A stretch of DNA of 63,975 nt, counting the filler, from Octopus bimaculoides (lineage: Eukaryota): the NCBI RefSeq assembly GCF_001194135.2. It is 6 parts of 5 records of this genome, joined end to end, with 100 filler letters (N's around TTAATTAATTAA, not from the genome) between each part and the next. Parts side by side here need not be neighbours in the genome. Positions count along the whole stretch, not along the records: positions 10,425 to 39,140 come from NC_068987.1; 5 more parts are not named here. One strand, written 5' to 3'. The number at the start of each line of letters is the position of its first letter. Positions within the stretch are counted from its first letter, which is position 1. Positions 12,072 through 24,316 of this stretch are shown piece by piece. A program made the translations under genes and the position numbers. Below the pieces are notes generated by a model. It was given only the letters and a program-made list of their open reading frames with translations. It was not told the origin of the DNA and did not search any database.

Positions 12072-13050
12072 CCTGTGTGTGATTAGAAGCTTGGGATCTA
12101 TTTTAAAACGGGGGCGCTAGTATTTTCTTAACGAAACACTAACGAAACACTTTGAAACTTGGGACACTGGTAGAATGTGTCATATAAAACATCTTTTACT
12201 CTTAGTCTTCTTAACAAAAAAAAAGGAATTCGCAAGTTATTCCATGTAAAAGTTGTCGTATTTCTGTAATTTCAACCAATCACTGACGTCTATTCAGCTG
12301 AATAGAGTTTACTGCTGGGCGGTCATAAAAATGTTATTTCCTGTGACATATTTCATCCGGTTTAATCGTAATTTATACGCATATATTGTTTATATAATAA
12401 ATTACACTGTGCGTATCTATGTGTGTAACAATTTTAGAGTTCGGATTCTAGAGTTAGGGTTAGGGTTAGGGTTACGGTTACGGTTAACAGTCTAGTTAGG
12501 GTTAGGGGATTAATACGATATACACCGTTACAGCGCTAACTGTTTTCAACTGAATAGACGTCAGTGATTAGTAGAAATTATCGAAATAAGACAATTTTTT
12601 ACATGAAATAAATTCGAATACAAAAATATTTTTCTGTTCTATAACACAAAATAGATAAGTATACGAAGTTTGAAAGTCTTTCCGTACCAAAAACACTACA
12701 TAAAACATAAATGAAAACTGGCGCCCCGTTTTAAAATAGATCCGAAGCTTGCTTCCCAACAACATGGTTTTGGGTTCTGTCCCACTGCGTGACGCCTTGG
12801 GCAAATGTTATCTAATATAGCCTCAGACCGACCAAAGCCTTGTGAGTGGATTTGGTAGACTGAAAATGAAAGTAGCCCGTCGTATGTATTTGTGTGTCTG
12901 TGTTTATCCCCCATCACAGCTTCTCAACCAGTGTTAGAGTAACGTCCCGTAATTTAATGGTTCTAAAAGTCGTGGGGTCGATTCATTCGACAAAAAATTC
13001 TACGAAGCGGATGGCCGCAGTCAAATGACTGAAACAAGTAAAAGAAAATA
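12072..13050 (+). mobile_element. SINE family B split by the MITE
   Basis: Removing the MITE and one TSD restores gcctgtgtgtgattagaagcttgcttcccaac...gtcccactgcg...ccttgggcaa, continuing to the actgaaacaagtaaaaga tail. Confidence 0.85.
12094..12743. mobile_element. Merlin-like MITE copy 1 with internal (TTAGGG)n, inserted in a SINE B head
   Basis: TIRs ggatctattttaaaacgggggcgc / gcgccccgttttaaaatagatcc. Perfect 8-bp TSD gaagcttg at 12086-12093 and 12744-12751. Internal subterminal inverted repeats, and telomeric repeats at about 12453-12507. Confidence 0.85.
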
Positions 13051-14215
13051 AAAGAAAATTAGAGTCGAGTTCCATGAATCATTGACTGACTATAAAATTA
13101 ACGAAAACAATAAAGTAATAATTATGTTATTCTTTAAAATTAATTAACGTGTTTAATGGAATTACCTCATTAAATAGAAATAGCAAATTTCAAAAGCGGT
13201 AATTTTCTTCATTTCTCTAAAAATTAATTTGTCTTCCTCTCATATAGAGGCATAGTGGTTTTGCGAATAGTGTGTGACCTCCGAATGTATGAGTTATTAT
13301 CATATCCATTTCCTGGTTTTGCTGTGTTTCTAAGCAAATATTTAATTTTGCTTGTCTTTCCTTCTTTTTGCGGTTAGAGGCAGGTAACAACATTTTCTCG
13401 TTACATCAAACTCACGTAAAAAAAAAATAATACTCTTTCTACCTTAAACAGACAAAGAACGGCCAGTGAAATAATAGTCGTTTCATACGTATATATACAT
13501 GCATGCATGTATGTTTATATGTGTGTACGTATGTGTGTAAATATGTATGAATATATAAATGCATAAATACAATTATAAATAAGGGCAAAAAGAAAACAAT
13601 TTCTTTGCCAATATGTTGAATAATAGACACTAAATCGTCTAACCACATAAAATATTTTCACTTGTATTATTACACCACGTGCCGAAACGAGGAAAGCAAG
13701 CTGACGGAAATTCATAAAAATATAGTTATCTCCGAATCGGTTCCGATTTCTGGATTAATCCAAGAAGGATTTTTCCTTTTATCAGCTAACTGGCCCAAAA
13801 CTCACACATAACAAAACGATGGAATATATCGGTTATCGCTATATAGGTTATGGTTTTTTTTTTTTGGGGGGGGGGGGTCTTCGAATTCTTCCATTCAAGA
13901 AGGGTTTGGTTTCTTACAAAGTAAAATGCTCAGTCGCTGGATTTCAAATAACATCAACAATCATAAGTTATAATTTTGAATTTTAGAATCCTTATATACA
14001 ATGTTTTCCCGGCTATAATCATAGCCTGAATTCGCAAATTTCTTGTTAAACTTATCACTTTCTTTGTCCCCGGTCTTCGGGATTAACTTTGACACTTAGT
14101 GACTTACATAAATACACAATGGCGATGAATGCACATTTAAATTTATAATGTATGTATGTTTATCATGCTTACGTTTTATTATGAAACCTGATAATTGTCT
14201 CTCTTCTCTTTTCAG

Positions 14216-14650
14216 TTTAGTATGTTCGAGTTTCTCTCTTGGTTTAGCGCCGACAACCTGAAATATATATTAACCACAGTAGCAGTCATTGTGGGTTTAA
14301 TTGCGTTCCTATGTGTCTTCAAGAAAATAGATGCGATTTGCCAGTGTATAACATGTTGCTGTAAATTCTTCAATTTTGATTCCCTCCCCAACATCAATGC
14401 AAACAATTCTCCTCGTTGCAACAAGGTTTTCTCGTCGAATTGGTTACGAAACAGATTTCGTCGCAGCGGCCGATCTCGAACAATCACGCGAATCCCTAAA
14501 GCAATGAATCCACGATCCCGACCTGTCATCAACCAGCGTACTACACATACAGTGCTTCACCGCACCGTACCAGTAATTAGACACGGAATGCCGATGAGAT
14601 TCCCTTCAAGGCGACCGATTAAGATTTCAACGTTAAAGTTTCCTGTTTGA
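14216..14650 (+). CDS. Putative terminal coding exon: small single-pass membrane protein with Cys cluster and Arg-rich tail (142 aa from ATG 14222)
   Basis: Strong acceptor (tctctcttctcttttcag at 14198-14215) and an open frame to TGA in non-repetitive sequence. TM segment YILTTVAVIVGLIAFLCVF is followed by KK and then ICQCITCCC. No homolog recognised. Confidence 0.55.
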   Translation, partial: FSMFEFLSWFSADNLKYILTTVAVIVGLIAFLCVFKKIDAICQCITCCCKFFNFDSLPNINANNSPRCNKVFSSNWLRNRFRRSGRSRTITRIPKAMNPRSRPVINQRTTHTVLHRTVPVIRHGMPMRFPSRRPIKISTLKFPV

Positions 14651-14699
14651 CCATCATGAAATAACTTTTTAGAAGATGATCATCATCATCTTAACGCCA

Positions 14700-14737
14700 T
14701 AGACACATGCATACATATACATATACATATACATACA

Positions 14738-14773
<36 letters not shown>

Positions 14774-14807
14774 TATACATACATATATATATATATATAC
14801 ATACATA

Positions 14808-14842
<35 letters not shown>

Positions 14843-15420
14843 NNNNNNNNNNNNNNNNNNNNNNNNNNNNNNNNNNNNNNNNNNNNNNNNNNNNNNNNNN
14901 NNNNNNNNNNNNNNNNNNNNNNNNNNNNNNNNNNNNNNNNNNNNNNNNNNNNNNNNNNNNNNNNNNNNNNNNNNNATGTATGTATGAATGTGTATATATA
15001 TATACGTATGTATGTATGAATGTGTATATATATATACGTATGTATGTATGAATGTGTATATATATATACGTATGTATGTATGAATGTGTATATATATATA
15101 CGTATGTATGTATGAATGTGTATATATATATATGTATGTATGTATGAATGTGTGTATATATATATGTATGTATGTATGAATGTGTATATATATATATATG
15201 TATGTATGTATGAATGTGTATATATATATATGTATGTATGCACATATATATATGTATGTGTGTATGCACATATATATATGTATGTATGTATGCACATATC
15301 TATATGTAAGTATGTATATATATATGCATATATATGTGTGTATATATATATATGTATTATATATATGTATATATATATGTATTATATATATGTATTATAT
15401 ATATGAATATATATATATAT
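14700..15420. repeat. Compound (TA)/(TACA)/(TATG) microsatellite with a roughly 30-bp minisatellite unit
   Basis: The unit atgtatgtatgaatgtgtatatatata(c)g recurs through 14976-15240. Confidence 0.9.
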
Positions 15421-15818
15421 TTATATGTTCTGATGTACAATTCTTGGTTCATGAGGACTCGTAATAAAATTGCTAATACACATCATAATGCCCTCGAAGC
15501 CTTCTCACATTCCTCAATGGAAAGAGATTGGCATATGTTATATAAACGTATACAGAAAGAAAGAGAAAGAAAAAAGAATATAGGTACGCACATATTGATG
15601 TATGTATATATGAACTGTCAATCTGCAATAAGCAATATGTTGCCTTCCTGTATACGTGTGGATGTCCGTTGTTTAATAAAATGGTTGACAGTTTTATGCA
15701 AGGAATTCAATATAGCCGAAATTTTGTCCTAATGCTTAATGTGACAGGAAAAAAAATCCTAATAGAAAAATAGAAATAATTGAGGGAACGTCTTGCTTTC
15801 TATTTATTTCATTTATTT

Positions 15819-15850
<32 letters not shown>

Positions 15851-17990
15851 TATTATTATTATTATTATTATTATTGTTATTATTATTATCATTATTATTA
15901 TGCAAACATTTGAAATCATTATCATTATTATTATAAATTAATTTTGTTTTTAAAGAAAGCAATGTTTGATCATTTTCAGTACTGTACAGTGAGAACAGAA
16001 ATTGAATATGCCATACATTATAATAATGTAACTATTAACAGAAAGTTAGTTAACTGGCTTTTACTTATTTGTGATAAATGAAATATTAGTTGATTGGTTT
16101 CGTAATTTATTGAATTTAGCAGTTTTTTGTATACNNNNNNNNNNNNNNNNNNNNNNNNNNNNNNNNNNNNNNNNNNNNNNNNNNNNNNNNNNNNNNNNNN
16201 NNNNNNNNNNNNNNNNNNNNNNNNNNNNNNNNNNNNNNNNNNNNNNNNNNNNNNNNNNNNNNNNNNNNNNNNNNNNNNNNNNNNNNNNNNNNNNNNNNNN
16301 NNNNNNNNNNNNNNNNNNNNNNNNNNNNNNNNNNNNNNNNNNNNNNNNNNNNNNNNNNNNNNNNNNNNNNNNNNNNNNNNNNNNNNNNNNNNNNNNNNNN
16401 NNNNNNNNNNNNNNNNNNNNNNNNNNNNNNNNNNNNNNNNNNNNNNNNNNNNNNNNNNNNNNNNNNNNNNNNNNNNNNNNNNNNNNNNNNNNNNNNNNNN
16501 NNNNNNNNNNNNTCAAATGTACAGAAAATAAAACAATTCAGAGACAGGTGAGGGAATAACAAGCAGGTGTATTGGTTCGACGCTCAATAGAAAGAGAGAG
16601 AAGAAAGAATATATATATATATATTTGAAGAAAAGCAACAAAAATGTATAAGGTTATTGCAGTACGTACGTTTCGTACAAACTTCATTTATTTATGTAGT
16701 GAGAACACTACATAAGATGTGCAATGAAAATGTACTCTTCAGCTGCATAGGATATTGGAAAAACGCTCGATATTATTTATTCACAAGTTCCATTTGCTAA
16801 TAAAAGTTACAAAATTGTATATGTAAGAGAGACATGTAGTAAGATATCTTCTATTAGAGATATTTCAGACAGGGGATCAAATACAAAATTTACATTTAGA
16901 TGCAGCGTAAATATAACATCTACATACGTATCTGGAAGACTTGTATTAGCAAATATGCTTCAAGAGGACAGAGCTTGGATTTAAACCCAATGTACAATAT
17001 GTGCGTGTGTGTGCTTTGGAGTATTTGTTTGCATTTGCGGTCAACAAAAGTAATGGTCTCCGAGCGGTGTTACTGCTACTTTTATCAGCCAACAGTCTGC
17101 TCACCTGGTGCCTTCAAAGATGAGTAAAGTAAGAGTTTTTTTACTTGAAAAATGAGTAAGGGTTAACGGCAGGGAGAGTAAACCATATTCGCCTAACTTA
17201 TACTAGCATTGGAAAACGGATGTAAAGTGAACGAACGAAAAGTCAAATCTGGATTAATGGAGCATCAGCTATTCGAAAATCGGACTTAGACTAAGATTTC
17301 AAACTCTCTTGAATGTAAGATTACCCATAGTGTGTGTAATCCAAACATAAGAATATTACTGGCAATGTCACTACCTATATGGTTGTGTTATACTGTTATG
17401 CTTAACATGTTGAATGAACAAATAGTAATAATAAACTGGGAGGAAAGCATTATCTTCGACATTATTATTATTATCATTAACTATCTGTATGTACAATTTG
17501 TTATTTGGAAGTTATGTATGTGAATTGAGAAATAATGAAATTGCCGAAAGATAAGAGCTGAAAGATTTCATATAAATGTACGATGTGGCCTTCGGATACA
17601 AGAATAATCGCTTGGAGAGAAAGGTAAGGAANNNNNNNNNNNNNNNNNNNNNNNNNNNNNNNNNNNNNNNNNNNNNNNNNNNNNNNNNNNNNNNNNNNNN
17701 NNNNNNNNNNNNNNNNNNNNNNNNNNNNNNNNNNNNNNNNNNNNNNNNNNNNNNNNNNNNNNNNNNNNNNNNNNNNNNNNNNNNNNNNNNNNNNNNNNNN
17801 NNNNNNNNNNNNNNNNNNNNNNNNNNNNNNNNNNNNNNNNNNNNNNNNNNNNNNNNNNNNNNNNNNNNNNNNNNNNNNNNNNNNNNNNNNNTTTACAAAC
17901 CCCTTATTGTGGGTACAGTTTTGCCATTAGTGTCAATAAAATTCAAACGTTAACTCCATATTATATTATAAAGGAAAAGAATAAAGCTTT

Positions 17991-19700
17991 TTAATGAGAA
18001 CTATGTGTCTGGTGCGATGCAACTAGTGCATTCGGTTTCAAACCTGTCGACCTTAGCCGCAAGTCTCCTCGTTGTATCACATCCAGTCCAATTCTTTTAT
18101 GGGAAAACAAAGTTCCAGCATGATTAAAACCAGATTCAACCAGGTATAAGGTAGGGAAGGCAAGCAAAAGTAATTTCAGATGTTTCCACAGACTGGGTAG
18201 GAATTCAATATACTCTGAAGGTACCAAAAATTTTCTTTGCCATTATGGCGATATCGCATTGTGGTGTCATTGTCATTTTGTAATTCTGTCAATTCCTACT
18301 GAACGTCATCCTTGCAATTGACTGCATCGACCCCAAACGGATTGCTATACCAATTTGGAATATTCAGCGCAATAACATCTTGAAATCGCTCCACCATGTT
18401 ATCGTGCAATGATTGTAAATAGTTACGATATGTAGTGAAATCTTCATCAACTAATTCATTTTCCAAAGAATCAAGTTGTGGAAATTGATGAAATTGACGT
18501 TTTGAAATGTTAGTCTTATACAACACCAATTTTGAAATGAAGGTGATGATAAATGATTTACAATCAACGAGAGTTTTTCTGTTTCCTTGTAATAACTTAT
18601 TCAAAGAAAAAGATATCGCACTTTGAAGCGAATAGTGGAGTATCTTCGAAGAAAGATATAATATGAAACAGTTCAACAAAGAGTAAAACACAGTTTTCTT
18701 TTGACAGCCACCGCACTTCGGTATGGTGTAAGAGTTTAGTATGGTCCTCATCATTTCTCAGACAGATTTGACGAAAAATTCGATCAGACAAGGGACTGGA
18801 CTTCATTCACAGTCTTGATAACTACTGTAGCACACCATTCAACCTACTGTTCATATTTTTTGCCACTAAATGCTGCCAGTGTGCCAAGCAATGAACAGTT
18901 AGTATCTGGTGGGAAATGTCATGCTTTAGGAGAGATGGAAAAACTCTGTATCTTCCTATCATTGAAGGGGCTCCATCAGACGCACAGGCAAGAATATTAC
19001 TGAGCGGATATTATGTTCAAAAAGGAAAGACTTGAGAGTGTGAAAAATAGTTTCACCTTTTGAATCAAGCAGAAATTTCTCTGTAAACAGCATTTCTTTA
19101 CAAGGTTGAAGGTCTTCGCTGAAATACCGAACATATACCAACATCAAACATTGATTGTCCACAACAGTTGACTCATCCACTTGTATAGAAAATTCAGAAC
19201 ACTGGACAATATTAATGAGCTGATGTTTGACATTGTTGGCCATTTCATTGATGCTTCAAGAAATCGTGTTATTACTAAGTGGAATCTTCTTCATAATGTT
19301 ATCAGGTTTTTCGTGCATAACGGTTGACAAAACCTCTTCGATAACTGGGCGAAGTAATGCTTCTCCAATTGTGTGAAGCTTCCCAGACTTAGCAACAAGC
19401 AATGCAATGTAGCACAATGCAATCAATCCGTCCTTCTCCTGTTTCCTGGAGTAGCGTGTTGAATGTTTGTATTTACTTTTTGAAAAAAGAGCTTAGTTAC
19501 AAAATGTATGATAACGGCTTGTCCTTCCTGTCAGAATACTTTGCATCAAAGTGATACTTCAAGCGTGAAGGTTTCATTGATTCGTTGGTCAATGTTTGAT
19601 GCAAAGAAGGCACATTGGTAACTGACACTTCTGAGGAGAAGGAATAAATTCAAACGATAAATAATCACTACTGTCGACAAACTTTCTTAACTGGAACCAT
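17991..19700 (-). pseudogene. hAT (Buster/Charlie, ZBED5-like) transposase, frameshifted
   Basis: The minus strand starts MVPVKKVCRQ at 19700, followed by PMCLLC...NESMKPSRL (BED-finger region), FSIQVDEST...LMLVYVRY, LLHHTEVRWLSK, and the C-terminal LAFPTLYLVESGF...RGDLRL...H*. Confidence 0.92.
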
Positions 19701-19913
19701 CAGTAATGTGAAAACGAATTTCTACAGATGGCGTCAGACAGGCAGTATGGTATTCCCAAAGAGAAGTCAATAGAGCAGAGTCAGATGACACGTCTTTACT
19801 GGAATAAATACAGATCTAGTTCGTTTGGCTGCCGGTATTTCAAAAATTAAAGTTTATCGAGAATTTTAGAATTCGGCACATTAATGTACCTTTCCAAGCT
19901 AAATTGCTGGAGT

Positions 19914-20451
19914 GGATCTTTTTTAAAACGGGGGCCACATTTTTCATTAACGAAACACTTTGAAACTTGGAACACTGGTAGAATGTGTCATATAAAACAT
20001 CTTTTTCTCTTAGTCTTCTTAAAAAAAAAAGAAATCCATAAATTATTCCATGTTAAAGTTGTCGTATTTCTGTAATTTCAACCAATCACTGACGTCCATT
20101 CAGCCGACTACATAAACAAACGATTCTGAAACAATTAACTCTAACCCTAACCCTAACACTACGGTTAGGGTTAGGGCTAGGGTTAAAGCAAATTTAAAAT
20201 GAAAAAAGCAAATAAAACGAAGGTATGGAGATTAAATACGCTTTACATCGCTTAGTGAGCCAAAGGAGTAAATGTAAACAACTGAATACTTGTCAGTGAT
20301 TGGTTGAAATTATCGAAATAAGACAATTTTTTACATGAAATAAATTCGAATACAAAAATATTTTTCTGTTCTATAACACAAAATAGATAAGTATACGAAG
20401 TTTGAAAGTCTTTCGCTACCAAAAACACTACGTAAAACATTAATGAAAAAT
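19914..20451. mobile_element. Merlin-like telomeric MITE copy 2 (right TIR in the gap), nested in the hAT element
   Basis: Same left end (ggatctttttaaaacggggg). Central degenerate (AACCCT)4-acggtt-(AGGGTT)3 at 20135-20186. Confidence 0.85.
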
Positions 20452-21404
20452 NNNNNNNNNNAGAGATTTAAAGTTTGATCATTTTCACCCAGTCAGGAAA
20501 TACGATTTCAGAGTTGTCATTTTGTGCGTGACTGCACTTTTTGTCAACATCCTGAAAATAGCACTTGTGTTTGTTATGAAACCACAGAATTACGCACGAC
20601 ATATAACCCCTTATACCGTTTTTTCCGGAGTTTTCAGGAAATTTTTGCGAATTTGAATTCTACACACGGGATTTCATACTATTATGCAAAAAAAAAAAAA
20701 ATGAATTTTAGTGGAGTGTAGGCCTAGGCCTATTTGGCTACTATTTTTAGCACGCATGACAACCATCTGAATGACTGTGACAAAAATATGCTATCGATTA
20801 ACGAGTCCACGTTTTTTATTACAAAGGCACGTAAAAGTGCATCCTTATTCTAGGCATGCCTAGATATCAATAAATGCAGATTTTATTTTTAAAAATTCAT
20901 TGTCACCCACAAAATGTTCATATCGCCCACCATTTTCTAGAAATTCGCCAATCGCCCACTTGGGAAGCTATGGTCTAAAGACACATCGCCTTTGGCTGCC
21001 ATAAAAAGCTGAACTCCAATTTGTTTATATAAGCTCGCTAAAAAGTTCTAGAATATTCCATGTGTAGTTTAGACAGGAAAATTAAACTTTCTTTTTTTGT
21101 TTAATAACATCCATCAAAAACTGACGCCAAAGGTTGGCTGGAAAAAAAATGGCAAGAGTTCACGATATAACTAAAATTAACCAATGTCAGAATTACCAAT
21201 GTCGTAATATTATACATCAGACTAAGGCGGCAAGCTCACAGAATCGTTAGCACACCGGGTAAAATGCTCAGTAGCATTTTGTCCGTCTTTACATTCTGAG
21301 TTAAAATTCCACCGACGTCCACTTGCCTTTCATTCTTTCAAGATCGATAAAATAAGTACTAGTTGTAATTGACTTAACCCCTCATCCAAACCTGTTGGTT
21401 TCTG

Positions 21405-22357
21405 TTCGACTGTCGATTCGCTTTCTTACCACTGACATAACAGCAAAGTCGATCTCGGAACAAAGTCGTACTCAGAGTGAAAGAAGACAGCGCTGATTTT
21501 TCTTAGCTTTTAAATCGTTCTGTATAATCCTTTTTTATGGTTTAAAATTAGTGGAGGCGCAATGGCCCAGTGGCCCAGTGGTTAGGGCAGCGGACTCGCG
21601 GTCATAGGATCACGGTCTCGATTCCCAGACTGGGCGTTGTGAGTGTTTATTGAGCGAAAACACCTAAAAGCTCCACGAGGCCCCGGCAGGGGATGGTGGC
21701 GAACCGTGCTGTACTCTTTCACCACAACTTTCTCTCACTCTTACTTCCTGTTTCTGTTGTGCCTGTAATTCAAAGGGTCAGCCTTGTCACACTGAATATC
21801 CCCGAGAACTACGTTAAGGGTACACGTGTCTGTGGAGTGCTCAGCCACTTGCACGTTAATTTCACGAGCAGGCTGTTCCGTTGATCGGATCAACTGGAAC
21901 CCTCGACGTCGTAAGCGACGGAGTGCCAACAACAACATGGTTTAAAATTATTAAAGCAAATGTTTAAAGAGTGACAGAGTGAGATCAAAGCAGCAAACCA
22001 ATCGATATGTGAAATTTGAAACCAGCATTATTCACCAGACCTTCGAACGTGCTTCCAAGGTCGAATTCATGGAAGGCTCCACTATATGTGCTTTGATTGG
22101 AAGTGTTACCGATACAGGTGCAATAATCACGTCTTTTGTTTGTTGTCTAAGTACCACATATCGATTGGTTTGTTGCTTTAATCTCACCCTGTCACTCTTT
22201 AAACATTTGCTTAAATAATTTTAAACCATAAAACCGATTATACAGAATGATTTAAAATCTGAGAAAATCAGCGCTGTCTTCTTTCACTCTAAGTACGACT
22301 TCGTTCCGCTATCGACTTTGCTGTTATGTCAGTGAAGAAAGCGAATCGACAGTTGAA
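21405..22357. mobile_element. Foldback/MITE-like element with arms of about 200 bp, left arm interrupted by a SINE
   Basis: 21405-21550 plus 21951-22011 is the reverse complement of about 22153-22357, around a spacer of about 140 bp. Confidence 0.8.
21551..21936 (+). mobile_element. Full-length SINE A2 with 14-bp TSD
   Basis: A and B boxes and a (CAA)n tail. TSD atggtttaaaatta at 21537-21550 and 21937-21950. Confidence 0.93.
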
Positions 22358-22689
22358 GTGAAAAGAAAAATGTTGCAGCTTCTGAATTGTAGTGAAAGAG
22401 ACCGTAGATTGCAAAGTATATTTTATCGATTGGATAGCATAAAACTCTGTAAACATGGCTGCTTTTATGTAATTATATTCAGTGAGGCTTCCTTTGTTTA
22501 ATATGAGATCACTTATTCGAAAAACAAATTTGTTGGGATAAGCGAGGTTTAACTTGTATATAAATAGTATATTGGTAACTATTCCACACTCACTTTGAAG
22601 AACAATATATTCTATACAACAATTTAATGCAGTCATTTGTAATCGAAGACAAAATTCAATATTCCAGTTAAAAATAAAACGTATGCACT

Positions 22690-23003
22690 TATATATAAAG
22701 TGTTGGCACCCCGTCGCTTACGATGTCGAGGGTTCCAGTTGATCCGATCAACGGAACAGCCTGCTCGTGAAATTAACGTGCAAGTGGCTGAGCACTCCAC
22801 AGACACGTGTACCCTTAACACAGTTCTCGGGGATATTCAGCGTGACACAGTGTGACAAGGCTGACCCTTTGAATTACAGGCACAACAGAAACAGGAAGTA
22901 AGAGTGAGAGAAAGTTGTGGTGGAAGAGTACAGCAGGGTTCGCCACCATCCCTTGCCGGAGCCCCGTGGAGCTTTAGGTGTTATCGCTCAATAAACACTC
23001 ACA
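22690..23003 (-). mobile_element. SINE A2 (head lost in the gap)
   Basis: Near-identical reverse complement of 21640-21930. Confidence 0.9.
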
Positions 23004-23809
23004 NNNNNNNNNNNNNNNNNNNNNNNNNNNNNNNNNNNNNNNNNNNNNNNNNNNNNNNNNNNNNNNNNNNNNNNNNNNNNNNNNNNNNNNNNNNNNNNNN
23101 NNNNNNNNNNNNNNNNNNNNNNNNNNNNNNNNNNNNNNNNNNNNNNNNNNNNNNNNNNNNNNNNNNNNNNNNNNNNNNNNNNNNNNNNNNNNNNNNNNNN
23201 NNNNNNNNNNNNNNNNNNNNNNNNNNNNNNNNNNNNNNNNNNNNNNNNNNNNNNNNNNNNNNNNNNNNNNNNNNNNNNNNNNNNNNNNNNNNNNNNNNNN
23301 NNNNNNNNNNNNNNNNNNNNNNNNNNNNNNNNNNNNNNNNNNNNNNNNNNNNNNNNNNNNNNNNNNNNNNNNNNAAATATCAAGCTATAAATATATATAT
23401 ATCTCATTCTGAGTTCTATTTTTCCTGTTTGCATCACCATACTTATACATACATACATGTAAAGCACTATCGGATTACTTGAATTCATATACTGTGACTA
23501 AAATCTACACACACACACACTGAGAAATAAAGTGAGACATAGATATGTGATAGGGTTAATATGTAATGTAGTAAGAAAATATTGCTAAACAAGGAATCTA
23601 TAGGGTGTTAAAAAAAAAAACAAAGCAAAAAATAAATAAATAAATAAATAAGCAAAGGAGAGTGATCAATGTATATTGATACCTAAATTATGTAATGCTG
23701 ATAAGATTTAATACTATCGAAACATGTCCATAGAAGCATATCAAAAGAAATATGCTTTTTCCTGCCTTTCAAAATGTTACGAAAATGCCCCAGAGCAGTG
23801 TTATTTCAT

Positions 23810-24316
23810 CTTCAACTACCTTTGTGCCAGAACTCGTTGCTTCTCCATACCTGACGACGCTATGAACACCAATCCTCTTTTATGAAATTATCAAACCAAT
23901 CGTGACTGGCTTTAAATGCGTCTGCTGATGTCTCCTCCGTCGATCTCCTAGGGTTCTGTTTCAGGAGATCCCCATACAGCGCTCGTGCTTTCTCGCAGAT
24001 GATGGTCTCCGTCATCGTATCCCCTGCGAGTTGCTTTTCGTTGATTCACAGGAGAAGTAATTTTTCCATCCTTTCGTGGACAGATGTGCTACTTAGAGAG
24101 ACTGGAGACACCCTTCGCTATTGTAAAGGCCTTGATCTCGTCCTCTTTCTTCAGGATGGTGCAGATCGTCGACGTGCTTCGGTCGTATTGACGTGCTATG
24201 TCCACTACACTCACACCTCTCTCATGTGTATCAATGATTTCCTTCTTCAATTCTATTGTAATCAGCTTTTTCTTCTTCTCAGCAGTGTCCTTTGCACTAA
24301 CCTTCTTAGGACTCAT
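23810..24316 (-). pseudogene. Tigger/pogo (CENP-B HTH) transposase N-terminus, degraded
   Basis: MSPKK...ITIELKKEII...GVSVVDIARQYDRSTSTICTILK, then MEKLLLL*INEKQLAGD...ICEKARALY...FKASHDWFDNF...HSVVRYGEA. Confidence 0.9.

Larger units (their letters stand above)
17891..20972 (-). mobile_element. hAT-Buster DNA transposon (3' end lost in the gap)
   Basis: Terminus ttgggaagctatg (20960-20972, reverse complement catagcttcccaa) with repeated subterminal cgcccac motifs. The flank gtcTAaag fits the Buster nnnTAnnn target. Confidence 0.7.

Noticed and set aside
12453-12507. TTAGGG repeats as a chromosome end or fusion scar
   Set aside because: The tracts are short and lie inside TIR/TSD-bounded MITEs. 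Their orientation in copies 2 and 3 is opposite to a fusion.
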